Positions 11,778 through 23,648 of a DNA stretch of 64,000 nucleotides are shown here, in pieces. Below the pieces are notes generated by a model. The model searched no databases and had not been told where the DNA came from. It saw nothing but the letters and a program-made list of their open reading frames with translations. Every line of letters starts with the position of its first letter. The stretch's first letter is position 1. A program made the translations under genes and the position numbers. Source of the DNA: Spongiibacteraceae bacterium (GTDB lineage Bacteria; Pseudomonadota; Gammaproteobacteria; Pseudomonadales; CAMLJR01); contig JAYVWC010000076.1 in assembly GCA_043786385.1 (NCBI GenBank), positions 3,761 to 67,760 of the forward strand. The letters run 5' to 3'.

Positions 11778-14705
11778 ATGGTGCGGAATAAGCTCGCCAT
11801 GGCGGTTCTGGCATTGAGTGTGCTGCAAGTAAATGTTGCTGGCGCATTGGGTTTGGGGAATATGTCGGTTAAGTCGGCGCTCAACCAGCCGCTGAATGCC
11901 GATATTAAGTTGCTCGACATGGGCGATCTCGATGCCAGTCAGGTCAAGATCCAGTTGGGTAGTCCCGAAGAGTTTCAGCGCGCATCGGTAGAGCGCGACT
12001 TTTTCCTCACTAATCTTAAATTCAATGTCGAGCTTGATGGCCACGGCGGCGGTGTTATCCACATCGCGACTAGAGAGCCGGTGATCGAGCCCTATTTGAA
12101 TTTTGTTATCGAAGCGCGTTGGCCGAACGGTCGTTTGCTGCGCGAGTTTGCGGTGCTGCTCGATCCGCCCACGTTTACTGCCAATCGCGCTGCCGAAGCG
12201 GTGGTGCCCGCGAAAACGACTGGCGCAGCAGCGAAGCCGACTCGAGTGCCGGTGCAGCCACCTACCGTGACCTCCGAGACGCCGGCACAAGCACCAACCG
12301 CCGCTGACACATCGTTGCCAGCCGCGCCCAAAAGTGGCGAATATCGGATCCAGGTTTACGACACGCTATCGAAAATCGCCGCTAAGTATAAGCCTGCTGG
12401 CGATGTCAGCATCGAGCAGACGATGATTGCGATCCAGCGTGCAAACCCGCAGGTATTTATTCGTAATAATGTCAATTTAATCAAATCCGGCTATGTGTTG
12501 CGTCTGCCGACTGCGGATGATGTGCGTGCGATCACTGCTACTCAAGCTTCGCAAGAAGTGGATGCGCAGAATAATGAGTGGCATGGCCGCGGTAGTGGTG
12601 GCCGCAGTGCGCCGGCAGCGACCGGACCACAACTCGATGCGAGCGCGCCGGAGCCGACTAGCAAGGAAGGCGGCTATAAAGAACAGGCTCGACTTTCGAT
12701 TGCCGCGCCTGGCAATAGCGACAAGAGCTCGGTCGGCGAGGGTAGCGGCACCTCTGGGAAGGGCGTCGAAGCGCTGCGCGGTCAGCTCGCGCTCAGTCAA
12801 GAATCGCTCGAAAAAGGCAAGCGCGACAACCATGAAATGCAATCGCGACTTGATGACATGGAGCGGCAAATTGCTACGCTGCAGCGCCTCATTTCGCTGA
12901 AAGATGATCAAATGGCAGCGTTGCAATCGAAGCCGGGTGCGGATAGAGCGGCGGCGCAACAGGCTCAGGTACCAGCCGCCGCGGGTACCGCATCAGCGAC
13001 GACACCCGCTGCACCAGCGACCGAACCAACCACTGCTCCCGTTCCCCCATCAACTACTGCTGTAGCCCCTGCTTCTACCCCGGCTGCCACTGCGCCCGTT
13101 AAACAGGCACCGGCTCCAGTGACTGGGATCGCAGCGCCTGGGCTGCTCGATCAATTAATGGCGAAACCGCTCTACGTCGGTGGCGCGGGTGCTTTGGTAT
13201 TGCTGCTCGCCGGCCTTGCCATGCAGCGTCGTCGTCAAGCAGCTGCCGAAGAGCGCGAAGCGATGGGCGACTTGACGCTCGACGAACACGATAACTTTCA
13301 GCTCGATGACAGTATCGATTTCGAGCACGCCCACATCAGCGATGACGCGGTGAGCGCAGTGGCTGAGCCCGTCGGTAGCGGTGAGCAGCCGCGCGCTGCG
13401 GCGCCATCGCAGGCTGTGCGCTCGGAAACCGGCGATGCGATCGCCGAGTCGGATATCTATATCGCGTACGGTCGCTATCAGCAGGCGGTTGATTTGTTAT
13501 CGCATGCGATCGATGCGGAGCCTACCCGTAGCGATTTACGGGTTAAGCTACTCGAAGTGTGCTTGGAAATGCGCAATAAAGACGCTTTCCGCCAACAATT
13601 CCTGGCCTTGCAAAGTCTTGGCGATGCCGATGCGGTGGCGCATGCCAAAGACTTGCTGTCCTCGGTGGACGGTGTGTCGGACTGGTTGGTTGATCTGCCG
13701 CAAACGGTGCAAACCTCTAGCGTCGCAACGGCAGGCGCGGTTGCGGTTGCGGTGGCGGCTGGCGTTGCGGCAGCGGTCGTTGCAGAGCGTGAGGCGGTTG
13801 CCATCCCCGAGCAATCATTTGCTGGCGATTCGTCGGTTGCGATAGCTGCCGACGATGAGCTGGCGCTGGATCTCGACAACGATTTCGAATTCGATGCCGA
13901 TCTGAGCGATGTAGCCGCTGTGTCGGCGACCGAGTTGCCCGCTAGCATGGATTTTGAGCTACCTGAGCTCGACGCCGATTTGACCGATACCGAGCTGACC
14001 GATAGCGAAGGATCAGATTTCAAGTTTGATTTGGACGACGAGCTTGATGATGTCTCGCCAGTGCGTTCGGTATCGTTTGATCTCGATGCCACATCGATCG
14101 AGTTGCCCGGCGAGTCGGCCGGATCTGCGAGTTTAGGCGCCGAGCAAAGCATCGATATCGGTGCGGGCGCCGAGCTGGATTTGGACTTAGAGCACGACGA
14201 TCTCGATTTGGCATTCGGTGAAATGGAAACCGGTAATCTCAGCGACTTGGAGGAGCTGTCCGACGCATTGGGTAGTCTCGATGAGGTGCCTATCGCTACG
14301 ACTCCGTCATTCGATCTCGGCGCCGATTTAAGCAGCGATTTGGACGCCGATTTGAGCGGCACCGATCTCACCGATGAATTCGATCTCGGCAATGTCGAAG
14401 CCGAGTTGCCCGACATCGAGCGCCTCGATCTGGCGCCGCAGCAGGCTGCGGCACCATCCCTCGATACAGCGTCCTTTGAACCAACGTTTACCAGCGACAC
14501 GGCCGAAGCAACTGCCGGCGACGAGCCCGATGAGTTTGATTTCCTGGCGGATGCCGACGAAATAGCAACCAAGCTCGATCTGGCACGCGCCTATATCGAC
14601 ATGGGTGATACTGAAGGGGCCAAGGATATTCTCGACGAAGTCGTGCAAGAGGGTACCGATACCCAAAAGCAGGAAGCGTCTACGCTGCTTAGTCGCATCG
14701 GTTGA
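11778..14705 (+). CDS. fimV: FimV/HubP polar landmark protein
   Basis: ALGLG..VKSALNQPL N-terminus, LysM-like region, TM helix, TPR (DIYIAYGRY), acidic region, C-terminal TKLDLARAYIDMGD. Confidence 0.95.
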   Translation: MVRNKLAMAVLALSVLQVNVAGALGLGNMSVKSALNQPLNADIKLLDMGDLDASQVKIQLGSPEEFQRASVERDFFLTNLKFNVELDGHGGGVIHIATREPVIEPYLNFVIEARWPNGRLLREFAVLLDPPTFTANRAAEAVVPAKTTGAAAKPTRVPVQPPTVTSETPAQAPTAADTSLPAAPKSGEYRIQVYDTLSKIAAKYKPAGDVSIEQTMIAIQRANPQVFIRNNVNLIKSGYVLRLPTADDVRAITATQASQEVDAQNNEWHGRGSGGRSAPAATGPQLDASAPEPTSKEGGYKEQARLSIAAPGNSDKSSVGEGSGTSGKGVEALRGQLALSQESLEKGKRDNHEMQSRLDDMERQIATLQRLISLKDDQMAALQSKPGADRAAAQQAQVPAAAGTASATTPAAPATEPTTAPVPPSTTAVAPASTPAATAPVKQAPAPVTGIAAPGLLDQLMAKPLYVGGAGALVLLLAGLAMQRRRQAAAEEREAMGDLTLDEHDNFQLDDSIDFEHAHISDDAVSAVAEPVGSGEQPRAAAPSQAVRSETGDAIAESDIYIAYGRYQQAVDLLSHAIDAEPTRSDLRVKLLEVCLEMRNKDAFRQQFLALQSLGDADAVAHAKDLLSSVDGVSDWLVDLPQTVQTSSVATAGAVAVAVAAGVAAAVVAEREAVAIPEQSFAGDSSVAIAADDELALDLDNDFEFDADLSDVAAVSATELPASMDFELPELDADLTDTELTDSEGSDFKFDLDDELDDVSPVRSVSFDLDATSIELPGESAGSASLGAEQSIDIGAGAELDLDLEHDDLDLAFGEMETGNLSDLEELSDALGSLDEVPIATTPSFDLGADLSSDLDADLSGTDLTDEFDLGNVEAELPDIERLDLAPQQAAAPSLDTASFEPTFTSDTAEATAGDEPDEFDFLADADEIATKLDLARAYIDMGDTEGAKDILDEVVQEGTDTQKQEASTLLSRIG

Positions 14706-15547
14706 TCGTGCTGCGAGCGCTGTCGGCGAGTTGCGCCGCTGGAGATCGTGTCGCACTGGCGTTGGAGTACGAGGGTAGTGAGTTTTTTGGGTGGCAGACG
14801 CAGCACCAGTTGCGTCTGCCCACCGTTCAGGAAACGGTACAAGCGGCGCTCAGCCGCATTGCCGCGACACCGATCAACATCATCTGCGCCGGTCGCACCG
14901 ATACTGGCGTGCACGCCAGCCATCAAGTTGTCCATTTCGATACGCCGGTCGCGCGCGGTGAATCTGCGTGGGTGCTCGGCGGCAACACCCATTTACCATC
15001 GAGTATCGCGATCAAATGGGCGCGGCCGGTATCCAACGATTTCAGCGCACGCTTTTCGGCGAGTGCCCGCCGCTATCGCTACGCGATACTCAATCGCGCT
15101 TTGCGCTCGGCACATATGCCGCATCTGACCACGTTGATTCATCAACCACTCGATGCGACATTGATGCATAGCGAAGCACAATGCCTACTTCGTGAGCATG
15201 ATTTTTCGGCGTTTCGCGGCGCGGGCTGCCAATCCAGCACGCCGATGCGCAACGTGCATTTTGTCGAGGTGAGGCGCGTCGGCGATTATGTGATCGTCGA
15301 TATTCAGGCGAATGCTTTTTTGCTGCATATGGTGCGCAATATCGTTGGCACCTTGGTCGCCGTCGGCAGCGGTCGGAAACCGCCCGGCTGGACTGCGGAA
15401 ATTCTTGCCGGGCAGGATCGAACGCGTGCGGCGCCGACCGCGCCGCCGCACGGTCTCTATCTGGTCGATGTGATCTATCCCGAACAATTCAATTTGCCTA
15501 AAGCCACGCTTGGCCCCGCATTTCTGGCGCCACTGTTGGCGTGTTAA
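14702..15547 (+). CDS. truA: tRNA pseudouridine(38-40) synthase
   Basis: EYEGSEFFGWQ, AGRTDTGVHA, NAFLLHMVRNIVG. Confidence 0.97.
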   Translation: MIVLRALSASCAAGDRVALALEYEGSEFFGWQTQHQLRLPTVQETVQAALSRIAATPINIICAGRTDTGVHASHQVVHFDTPVARGESAWVLGGNTHLPSSIAIKWARPVSNDFSARFSASARRYRYAILNRALRSAHMPHLTTLIHQPLDATLMHSEAQCLLREHDFSAFRGAGCQSSTPMRNVHFVEVRRVGDYVIVDIQANAFLLHMVRNIVGTLVAVGSGRKPPGWTAEILAGQDRTRAAPTAPPHGLYLVDVIYPEQFNLPKATLGPAFLAPLLAC

Positions 15548-15651
15548 ACGATTCGCTCGAAACGCATCACGCTGCGTAACAACCGCTAAAAAGCAGGCAG
15601 TTTAGTGGTCGATCTGGTACGATTCGCCTTTATTTTATGCACGGCTCTGTG

Positions 15652-16332
15652 ATGGGATCGCGCCGCACTCGCGTTAAAATCTGTGGAATTACTCGCGTCG
15701 AAGATGCGCTGGCGGCGGTACACGCCGGAGCGGATGCGATCGGCCTGGTATTTTATGCGCAGAGTCCGCGCGCGGTGACTGCGGAGCAAGCGCGCGCCAT
15801 TTGCGCCGCGTTGCCGCCTTTTATCAGCACGGTCGGTTTGTTTGTTGATGCTGAAGCGACTGCGGTGAAATCGGTGTTGCAACAGGTGCCGCTCGATCTA
15901 CTGCAATTTCACGGTATCGAAACGCCGGAGTACTGCCAACAATTTGCGCGCCCGTTTCTTAAAGCGCTGCGAATGCGCGAGGCAATCGATGTCGCTGCGG
16001 TGCGCGCGGAGTTTCATGCGGCACGCGCGTTGTTGCTCGATACGTATCGGCCCGGCGTGCCGGGTGGCACCGGCACCGCATTCGATTGGCAGCGCGTGCC
16101 GCGCGCATTATCTGCGCAAATTGTATTGGCAGGCGGCTTAAATCCGCTGAATGTCGCGGCGGCAATTCAACAAGCGCGACCGTACGCGGTCGATGTCAGC
16201 GGTGGCGTCGAAAGCGCACCCGGCATCAAAGACGCACAACAAATACACGAATTTATCGCGGCGGTAAGCCGCGCCGACCAATCGGTAGATTCGTCGGTAA
16301 ATACGTCCGTAAATACTGTCGGTAAATACTAA
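15652..16332 (+). CDS. trpF: Phosphoribosylanthranilate isomerase
   Basis: [33 protein letters not shown]. Confidence 0.97.
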   Translation: MGSRRTRVKICGITRVEDALAAVHAGADAIGLVFYAQSPRAVTAEQARAICAALPPFISTVGLFVDAEATAVKSVLQQVPLDLLQFHGIETPEYCQQFARPFLKALRMREAIDVAAVRAEFHAARALLLDTYRPGVPGGTGTAFDWQRVPRALSAQIVLAGGLNPLNVAAAIQQARPYAVDVSGGVESAPGIKDAQQIHEFIAAVSRADQSVDSSVNTSVNTVGKY

Positions 16333-17568
16333 ATGGAGCACACAGTGACTGAACCCGCTTTAGCAGCGATCGATTATGCGGCGATGCCAGATGCGCGCGG
16401 CCACTTTGGTCCGTACGGCGGCAAATTCGTCGCCGAAACATTGATGTGCGCGTTGGATGAGCTGGAGAGTGCGTACAATAAATTAGCCGCAGACACTGGT
16501 TTTCGTGCCGAGTTTGATCGCGATCTCGCGCATTATGTCGGTCGTCCTTCGCCGCTGTATCACGCCGAACGTTGGAGTAAACAACTCGGCGGCGCGCAAA
16601 TTTATTTGAAGCGCGAAGATCTCAATCACACCGGTGCACACAAAATCAACAACACCGTCGGTCAGGGATTGCTCGCGAAATACATGGGCAAAAAGCGCGT
16701 CATTGCCGAGACCGGCGCCGGTCAACACGGTGTTGCGACGGCGACCATTGCGGCCCGTTTCGGTATGCAGTGCCAGGTGTACATGGGTGAAGAAGATGTG
16801 CATCGGCAATCGTTGAATGTGTATCGGATGAAATTGCTCGGCGCCGAAGTGATCCCGGTCAAATCCGGTTCGCGCACATTGAAAGATGCAATGAACGAAG
16901 CATTGCGCGATTGGGTCACCAACGTCGATCACACGTTTTACATTATTGGCACCTGTGCTGGGCCGCATCCGTATCCAAAAATCGTGCGCGATTTTCAATC
17001 GATCATCGGCCGCGAAGCGTTGCAACAGTGTCGCGATATGACTGGACGCCTACCCGATGCATTAGTCGCCTGCGTCGGCGGCGGCTCGAATGCGATCGGT
17101 TTATTTCATCCATTTCTGCGCGAAAATTCGGTGCAAATGTATGGCGTCGAAGCGGCCGGTTACGGCATTGCTTCGGGTCGTCACGCGGCGCCATTGAATG
17201 CCGGTCTACCGGGAATATTGCACGGTAATCGTACTTATCTGATGCAGGACGAAGACGGCCAAATCATCGAAACGCATTCGGTATCCGCAGGTCTCGATTA
17301 TCCCGGCGTAGGCCCGGAACATTCGTGGTTGAAAGATATCGGTCGCGTGAATTATGTCGCGATCGATGATGAAGAAGCGCTAACGGCGTTTCGCACGCTG
17401 ACGCAGATCGAAGGTATTATGCCGGCGTTGGAACCGAGTCACGCGCTCGCGTATGTCAGTAAACTAGCGCCGACGATGCGTAAAGATCAAACCATCGTTG
17501 TCAATTTATCGGGTCGCGGCGATAAAGATATTCACACTGTTGCTGGCATCGATGGCATCACGCTTTAA
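16333..17568 (+). CDS. trpB: Tryptophan synthase beta chain
   Basis: [43 protein letters not shown]. Confidence 0.98.
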   Translation: MEHTVTEPALAAIDYAAMPDARGHFGPYGGKFVAETLMCALDELESAYNKLAADTGFRAEFDRDLAHYVGRPSPLYHAERWSKQLGGAQIYLKREDLNHTGAHKINNTVGQGLLAKYMGKKRVIAETGAGQHGVATATIAARFGMQCQVYMGEEDVHRQSLNVYRMKLLGAEVIPVKSGSRTLKDAMNEALRDWVTNVDHTFYIIGTCAGPHPYPKIVRDFQSIIGREALQQCRDMTGRLPDALVACVGGGSNAIGLFHPFLRENSVQMYGVEAAGYGIASGRHAAPLNAGLPGILHGNRTYLMQDEDGQIIETHSVSAGLDYPGVGPEHSWLKDIGRVNYVAIDDEEALTAFRTLTQIEGIMPALEPSHALAYVSKLAPTMRKDQTIVVNLSGRGDKDIHTVAGIDGITL

Positions 17569-17602
17569 TTGATTAAATTGAAATGCTTCGAGGAATCGGT
17601 CG

Positions 17603-18427
17603 TTGAGTCGAATTGCAAAAAAAATGGCGCAGCTGCACGCGCAAGGTCGTACTGCGGTAGTTCCGTATATCGTGGCTGGCGATCCGCAGCCTGCGGTGAC
17701 GGTACCGTTTTTGTTGGAGTTGGTGCGTCAGGGGGCTGACATCATCGAACTCGGCGTGCCGTTTTCCGATCCGATGGCCGAGGGCCCGGTGATTCAATTG
17801 GCGCACGAGCGCGCGCTAACGCATCGCATCGGTTTGCGCGGTGTGTTGGCGATGGTGGCCGAATTTCGACGCAGCGATAACGATACGCCAGTGGTGTTGA
17901 TGGGCTACGCCAATCCGGTCGAGCGCATGGGTTACGCGCAATTTGCCGATGCGGCGTTGGCTGCTGGCGTCGATGGTTTGTTGACTGTGGATATGCCGCC
18001 GGAAGAATCGGGCGCGCTGAATAGCGAATTAAAACGCGTCGGCATCGACAATATCTTTTTGCTGGCGCCGACGACTACCGAAGCGCGCATTCGCCACATC
18101 GCCGAATTGGCGAGCGGTTATTTATACTGTGTGTCGCTGAAAGGCGTCACCGGCGCCGGGCATTTGGATGTCGACGCGGTGCGTGCGATGTTGCAAAAAA
18201 TTAAAGCGATCACCGAGCTACCGATTGCGGTCGGCTTCGGCATCAAAGATGTCGAATCGGCCACTGCGATTGCGCGCATTGCCGAGGGTGTGGTGATCGG
18301 TAGTGCGCTGGTCGAGCGTGTTGCGCAGGCCGCGCAACAAGGCAAAAGCGGTGCGGAGTTAACGATTGCTGCGACAACGTTGATCGGTGCGATTCGACGC
18401 GGCGTCGATGCCTCTACCAATAGTTAA
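17603..18427 (+). CDS. trpA: Tryptophan synthase alpha chain
   Basis: ELGVPFSDPMAEGPVIQ, GVTG, VGFGI. Confidence 0.97.
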   Translation: MSRIAKKMAQLHAQGRTAVVPYIVAGDPQPAVTVPFLLELVRQGADIIELGVPFSDPMAEGPVIQLAHERALTHRIGLRGVLAMVAEFRRSDNDTPVVLMGYANPVERMGYAQFADAALAAGVDGLLTVDMPPEESGALNSELKRVGIDNIFLLAPTTTEARIRHIAELASGYLYCVSLKGVTGAGHLDVDAVRAMLQKIKAITELPIAVGFGIKDVESATAIARIAEGVVIGSALVERVAQAAQQGKSGAELTIAATTLIGAIRRGVDASTNS

Positions 18428-18454
18428 AACTTATTTTATTCAAGAGATTCTGTG

Positions 18455-19351
18455 ATGAGTTGGATCGATAAAATTGTTCCCGCCTTGAATCGCTCGGATG
18501 CAAAGGAACGCCGCAACAGCGTTCCCGAAGGTCTATGGAAGAAATGCCCGAAGTGCGATGCGGTGTTGTATCGCCCGGAGTTGGAAAAAGCATTCGATGT
18601 CTGCCCGAAATGCGATCATCACCTGCGCATCGATGCGCGCCAGCGGCTCGATATTTTTTTAGATGCCGATGGTCGCGAAGAAGTATGCACCGAAGTAAAA
18701 CCGGTGGATCGTCTTAAATTTAAAGATATCAAAAAATATAAAGATCGTCTGACTCAGGCGCAAAAAGAAACTGGCGAGCAGGACGCGTTAGTCGCGATGC
18801 GCGGCACGTTGAAATTGATGCCGTTGGTAGTCACTGCCTTCGAATTTAAATTTCACGGCGGTTCGATGGGCTACGCGGTCGGCGAGAAATTTACGCGCGC
18901 GGCCAATATCGCGTTGGAGCAAAAAATTCCGTTTGTGTGTTTTTCTGCATCGGGCGGCGCACGCATGCAAGAGGCGTTGATTTCGCTGATGCAAATGGCG
19001 AAGACCAGTGCGGTGTTGGAGCGCTTGAAACAAAATGGCGTGCCGTATATTTCGGTGTTGACCGATCCGATTTACGGCGGCGTGTCGGCGAGCTTGGCAT
19101 TGCTGGGCGATATCAATATCGCCGAGCCTGGTGCGCGCGCTGGGTTTGCCGGCCCGAATATTATCGAGCAAACGATTCGCCAAAAATTGCCGCCAGGTTT
19201 TCAGCGCAGCGAGTTTTTGCTGGAGCACGGCGCCATCGATATGATCGTGCACCGTCGCGATCTGCGCGATACCATCGCGCGGCTGCTAGCCGCGTTTATG
19301 CATCAGTCGTCTTTGCAAGGGCCGTCTTCGCAACAGTCGTCGGTAGCCTGA
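18455..19351 (+). CDS. accD: Acetyl-CoA carboxylase carboxyltransferase beta subunit
   Basis: [11 protein letters not shown] zinc finger, [24 protein letters not shown]. Confidence 0.97.
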   Translation: MSWIDKIVPALNRSDAKERRNSVPEGLWKKCPKCDAVLYRPELEKAFDVCPKCDHHLRIDARQRLDIFLDADGREEVCTEVKPVDRLKFKDIKKYKDRLTQAQKETGEQDALVAMRGTLKLMPLVVTAFEFKFHGGSMGYAVGEKFTRAANIALEQKIPFVCFSASGGARMQEALISLMQMAKTSAVLERLKQNGVPYISVLTDPIYGGVSASLALLGDINIAEPGARAGFAGPNIIEQTIRQKLPPGFQRSEFLLEHGAIDMIVHRRDLRDTIARLLAAFMHQSSLQGPSSQQSSVA

Positions 19352-19360
19352 ACGCGGATC

Positions 19361-20641
19361 ATGCAACAGCGCACTCTCGAGGGCTGGCTGGCGTGGATGG
19401 AGGTGCAGCATCCGCGCCAAATCGAGCTGGGTCTGGAGCGGGTCGCTGCAGTTGCAGCGCACCTAACAGTTAATCTCAGCGGCGTCGCGGTGATCACCGT
19501 CGGCGGTACTAACGGCAAAGGCTCGTGCGTCGCGTTTCTCGATGCGATTTTGCGCGCGCAAGGTTATCGCGTCGGCACTTATACCTCACCCCATCTGCTA
19601 CGTTACAACGAGCGCATTTGCATCGATGGTACGCCGGTCGACGATGCGCAATTGTGCGCGGCGTTCGAAGCGGTAGCAGCGGCACAACACGGTATTTCGC
19701 TGACCTATTTTGAATTCGGTACGCTCGCCGCACTTTGGTTGTTGCAGCGTGCTGCGCTGGATGTGATCGTGCTCGAAGTTGGTCTCGGCGGTCGTCTCGA
19801 CGCGGTCAATATTATCGATGCAAATGTTGCCGTGTTAACCACCATCGATCTCGATCATCAAGATTGGCTGGGTTTCGATCGCGAGTCGATCGGCTTCGAG
19901 AAAGCCGGTATTTATCGCGCACAGGTGCCGGCGATTTGTGCTGATCCCGAGCCGCCGCGCTCGGTTGTCGAACACGCACATCGCATTGATGCGCAGTGGT
20001 ATCCACTCGGTAACTCTTTTACGTTTAGCGAGCAGCAGCAGACGTGGGATTGGCATGGTGCCGGATTGCCGCATGCCGCGTACTATCAAGCGTTACCGTT
20101 GCCCTCGCTGCCATTGCCGAGTGCCGCTGCGGCATTGGCTGCGTTACAGTGCCTATCATTATCGGTTAGCGAATCCGCAATTCGGCGCGGTATTGCTGCC
20201 GCAACTTTGCCGGGTCGTTTTCAACAAGTGCAATGGCGCGGCGTCGATATTATTTTGGATGTCGCGCACAACCCCCAGGCTGCACGTTCGTTGACGGCAC
20301 GTCTGCAACGCACGCCGCGTTACACGCGTGCAGTATTCGCGATAATGTCGGATAAAGATGTGAGCGCGGTAATCGAGGCGTTGGCGACGACGATCGACCA
20401 CTGGCATCTGGGCGATTTAATCGATAATGCACGCGCGCTCGATGCCGATGCATTGGCCAGCAAATTACGCGCGCAGAATATTTTTGCTGTGAGTGTTGCA
20501 GCGACTATTGCGCAGACGTTTAGTGCGGCGTTACAGCAAGCGAAGCCGGGCGAGCGCGTGGTCGTCTTCGGTTCATTTTTTACCGTGGCCGCAGTGCTGG
20601 CCCAACTGCAACAAGAGGGGATAGTCGATGGCGACCGATAG
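19361..20641 (+). CDS. folC: Folylpolyglutamate/dihydrofolate synthase
   Basis: GTNGKGS, YTSPHL, LEVGLGGRLDAVN, DVAHNP. Confidence 0.97.
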   Translation: MQQRTLEGWLAWMEVQHPRQIELGLERVAAVAAHLTVNLSGVAVITVGGTNGKGSCVAFLDAILRAQGYRVGTYTSPHLLRYNERICIDGTPVDDAQLCAAFEAVAAAQHGISLTYFEFGTLAALWLLQRAALDVIVLEVGLGGRLDAVNIIDANVAVLTTIDLDHQDWLGFDRESIGFEKAGIYRAQVPAICADPEPPRSVVEHAHRIDAQWYPLGNSFTFSEQQQTWDWHGAGLPHAAYYQALPLPSLPLPSAAAALAALQCLSLSVSESAIRRGIAAATLPGRFQQVQWRGVDIILDVAHNPQAARSLTARLQRTPRYTRAVFAIMSDKDVSAVIEALATTIDHWHLGDLIDNARALDADALASKLRAQNIFAVSVAATIAQTFSAALQQAKPGERVVVFGSFFTVAAVLAQLQQEGIVDGDR

Positions 20642-21290
20642 TTTAAAGCAGCGCTTAGTCGGTGGTGCTACGTTGCTGGTGGTGGCGGTGATCGCGTGGT
20701 TTTGGCTGCTGAGTGCGGATAGTCCGATCGATCCGGTGGCGCGCGAATCGCAAATTCCGGCAGCGCCAGATATAAAACCGTTTACCGTGCCGGAGCCGAG
20801 CGCGCCGGCCGGGATTGAGCCGATCGGTAGCGAGCGCGATTCGCAGCCGGTCGCGCAGCCTGTGCAGCCTGCTGTAAAAGCAGCGCCGGTACCGCTGCCT
20901 GCGTCCGCCCCAAAAATAGCGTCACCCAAACCGCAACCGCTACGCGAGGCAGCGAGTGCGACCAAGGCGGTGCCTAAGGTTGATACAAAAGTTGAAAAAA
21001 GCAGCAAGCTTGTGGCGGAGACATTTCAACTCGATCAGCACGGTTTGCCGATTGCGTGGGTAGTGCAAGTCGGGTTGTTCTCGACGCAGACGAGTGCCGA
21101 TAAAATCAAAGCGACGTTGCTGGCGAAGGGTTTTAAAGCGTACAGCGAGCCGTTCAAGAGCGATAAGGCGAACGGCATCAAAGTATTCGTCGGGCCAAAA
21201 TTGAGCCGCGAGCGCGCCGATGCGCAGAAAAAAGCCATCGATCAATTGTTGAAAACCAATAGCATGGTGGTGCGATTTACTGCGCACTAA
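20628..21290 (+). CDS. dedD: SPOR-domain cell division protein (DedD-like)
   Basis: KQRLVG N-terminal TM, Pro/Ala-rich linker, C-terminal WVVQVG..VFVGP SPOR domain; folC-dedD-cvpA-purF synteny. Confidence 0.85.
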   Translation: MATDSLKQRLVGGATLLVVAVIAWFWLLSADSPIDPVARESQIPAAPDIKPFTVPEPSAPAGIEPIGSERDSQPVAQPVQPAVKAAPVPLPASAPKIASPKPQPLREAASATKAVPKVDTKVEKSSKLVAETFQLDQHGLPIAWVVQVGLFSTQTSADKIKATLLAKGFKAYSEPFKSDKANGIKVFVGPKLSRERADAQKKAIDQLLKTNSMVVRFTAH

Positions 21291-21420
21291 ATCACAGTTA
21301 TCGCTAAGTTTTCAGCGTTTGCCAAGCTCACAATGCGCGCCAATTTCATCGGTGCCGAGGTGCTGCCGTTAACCGCGCTCTGCTACAATGCGCGCCTCCT
21401 TCGCTGCAGCGGGTTGTGCC

Positions 21421-21993
21421 GTGACGTCATTCAGCTTGTTTGATTGGATTAGGGTTGATTGGGCTCGTGCTGATTGGAATTGGGCCGATTGGAGCATCGT
21501 CGCGATCGTCGGCGTCTCCTGTCTGATCAGTTTATTGCGCGGCTTTGTCAAAGAAGCGCTATCGATGGTGGCGTGGATACTCGCGACATTTGTTGGCATC
21601 ACCTTTCACGAGCGCCTCGCCGCAGTGTTCGCCAAGTGGATCAGCACGCCTTCGCTGCGATTAATAGTCGCGTTTGCCGTGCTGTTCGTGCTGACATTAT
21701 TGCTCGGCGCCATTATTAATAAATTACTGCATACGTTGATTTCTGCGAGCGGCCTCGGCGGCCTCGATCGGCTGCTCGGCATGGTGTTTGGTTTGACGCG
21801 CGGGTTATTGATCGTGCTCGCGTTGGTGATGTTGGTGCCGATGGCGGTACCGGTGCAGCAGGATGCGTGGTGGTATCAGTCCGCGTTGATACCGCATTTT
21901 GAACAATCGGAAAATTTGGCCCGCGAAGTGTTTGCCGAAGTGATGGGTTGGAGCAAGACGCTGGCGCACAAATTACCGGGTAAAGCGTCGTAG
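21421..21993 (+). CDS. cvpA: CvpA family membrane protein
   Basis: RGFVKEALS, GLGGLDRLLGMVFGLTRG; start codon uncertain. Confidence 0.92.
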   Translation: MTSFSLFDWIRVDWARADWNWADWSIVAIVGVSCLISLLRGFVKEALSMVAWILATFVGITFHERLAAVFAKWISTPSLRLIVAFAVLFVLTLLLGAIINKLLHTLISASGLGGLDRLLGMVFGLTRGLLIVLALVMLVPMAVPVQQDAWWYQSALIPHFEQSENLAREVFAEVMGWSKTLAHKLPGKAS

Positions 21994-22057
21994 TTAATTG
22001 TGAAGCGACGGCAGTTAAATTATCGCAACTGATCCAGTAGCCAGGAGTACAGAACAC

Positions 22058-23584
22058 ATGTGTGGCATCGTGGGTATGGTCGCAAAAGGCAATGTGAACC
22101 AGGAGCTGTACGACGCGTTGACCGTGTTGCAGCACCGCGGACAAGACGCTGCCGGCATCGTCACCTGCCATCGCGGCAAGTTCAATCTGCGCAAAGATAA
22201 TGGCCTGGTGCGCGATGTATTTCATACCCGCCATATGCAACAGCTGGTCGGCAATATCGGTGTAGGTCACGTGCGCTATCCGACTGCAGGTACGTCGAGC
22301 CGCGCCTTAGCGCAACCGTTCTACGTCAATTCGCCGTACGGCATCGCGCTCGCGCACAACGGCAATTTGACCAACGCTGAAGCGTTGAGCCGCGAAATAT
22401 TTCAATCGGATCTTCGTCATCTCAATACCGAATCGGATTCCGAAGTATTGTTGAACGTGTTCGCGCACGAATTGCAACGGCTCGGGAAATTAGTGCCGAG
22501 CGCGGATGATATTTTTGCTGCGGTCGCCTGCGTACACGAGCGTTGCCGCGGCGGTTATGCGGTGGTGGCGATGCTTGCCGGTTACGGCATCGTCGGTTTT
22601 CGCGATCCGAACGGCATTCGCCCGATCGTGCTCGGCAAGCGCGAAACCGCGCAGGGCACCGAATATATGCTCGCGTCGGAAAGCGTTGCGTTCGATGTGA
22701 TCGGGTTTACGTTGGTGCGCGATATCGAACCCGGCGAAGCGATTTATATCGATGTCGATGGCAATCTCAGTTCCCGCCAGTGCGCCGCCAATCCGCGCTT
22801 GTCGCCGTGTATTTTCGAGCACGTGTATTTTGCGCGCCCCGATTCGATTATGGACGGCGTCTCGGTGTACAAAGCGCGGCTGCGTCAAGGCGAAAAGCTC
22901 GCCGAAAAAATTCTGCGCTTGCGGCCCGATCACGATATCGATGTGGTGGTGCCGATTCCCGATTCGAGTCGCGTCGCCGGGCAATCGCTAGCGCACAAAT
23001 TAGGCGTTAAGTTTCGCGAAGGTTTGGTGAAAAATCGTTACATCGGCCGCACGTTTATTATGCCGGGGCAGAGCCAACGCAAAAAATCGGTGCGTCAGAA
23101 ATTGAATGCGATCGGCCTCGAATTTCAAGGCAAAAATGTATTGCTGGTCGATGACTCGATTGTGCGCGGTACGACTTGTCAGCAAATTATCGAACTCGCG
23201 CGCGATGCTGGCGCGCGCAAAGTGTACTTTGCCTCGGCGTCGCCGCCGGTGCGCCATCCGAACGTGTACGGTATCGATATGCCGACACCGCAAGAGTTGA
23301 TCGCGCACGGCCGCACCGACGACGAAGTGTGTCGTTTGATCGGCGCGGACTGGTTGGTGTATCAGGATTTGCCGGATTTAATCGCCAGCTCGGCCGAGGG
23401 CAGCCCGAAAATCAAACAATTCGATTGCGCGGTGTTCGACGGCAATTATGTCACCGGCGATGTCGATCGCAATTATCTCGATCGTCTCGCCAATGCCCGC
23501 AACGATGACAACAAAGCGCGCAGTCAAAGCGAAGTGGACGATACCGGCGGTAGCATCGTCGGTTTGCACAATGCGATTTTGTAG
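22058..23584 (+). CDS. purF: Amidophosphoribosyltransferase
   Basis: MCGIVG Ntn Cys, [20 protein letters not shown]-binding motif. Confidence 0.98.
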   Translation: MCGIVGMVAKGNVNQELYDALTVLQHRGQDAAGIVTCHRGKFNLRKDNGLVRDVFHTRHMQQLVGNIGVGHVRYPTAGTSSRALAQPFYVNSPYGIALAHNGNLTNAEALSREIFQSDLRHLNTESDSEVLLNVFAHELQRLGKLVPSADDIFAAVACVHERCRGGYAVVAMLAGYGIVGFRDPNGIRPIVLGKRETAQGTEYMLASESVAFDVIGFTLVRDIEPGEAIYIDVDGNLSSRQCAANPRLSPCIFEHVYFARPDSIMDGVSVYKARLRQGEKLAEKILRLRPDHDIDVVVPIPDSSRVAGQSLAHKLGVKFREGLVKNRYIGRTFIMPGQSQRKKSVRQKLNAIGLEFQGKNVLLVDDSIVRGTTCQQIIELARDAGARKVYFASASPPVRHPNVYGIDMPTPQELIAHGRTDDEVCRLIGADWLVYQDLPDLIASSAEGSPKIKQFDCAVFDGNYVTGDVDRNYLDRLANARNDDNKARSQSEVDDTGGSIVGLHNAIL

Positions 23585-23588
23585 ATAA

Positions 23589-23630
23589 CGCGTTTTTGCA
23601 AACAATGGAATTTGTAAATACGCGGTTTGG
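23589..23630 (+). terminator. Hairpin between purF and metZ (possible terminator)
   Basis: CGCGTTTTTGCAAA ... TTTGTAAATACGCG imperfect stem followed by GTTTGG. Confidence 0.35.
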
Positions 23631-23648
23631 TTAATAGGTGAATGGCAT

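Noticed and set aside
13478..14572. 364-aa antisense ORF inside fimV
   Set aside because: Ser-rich shadow of the Asp/Glu/Leu-biased fimV codons; no independent coding signal
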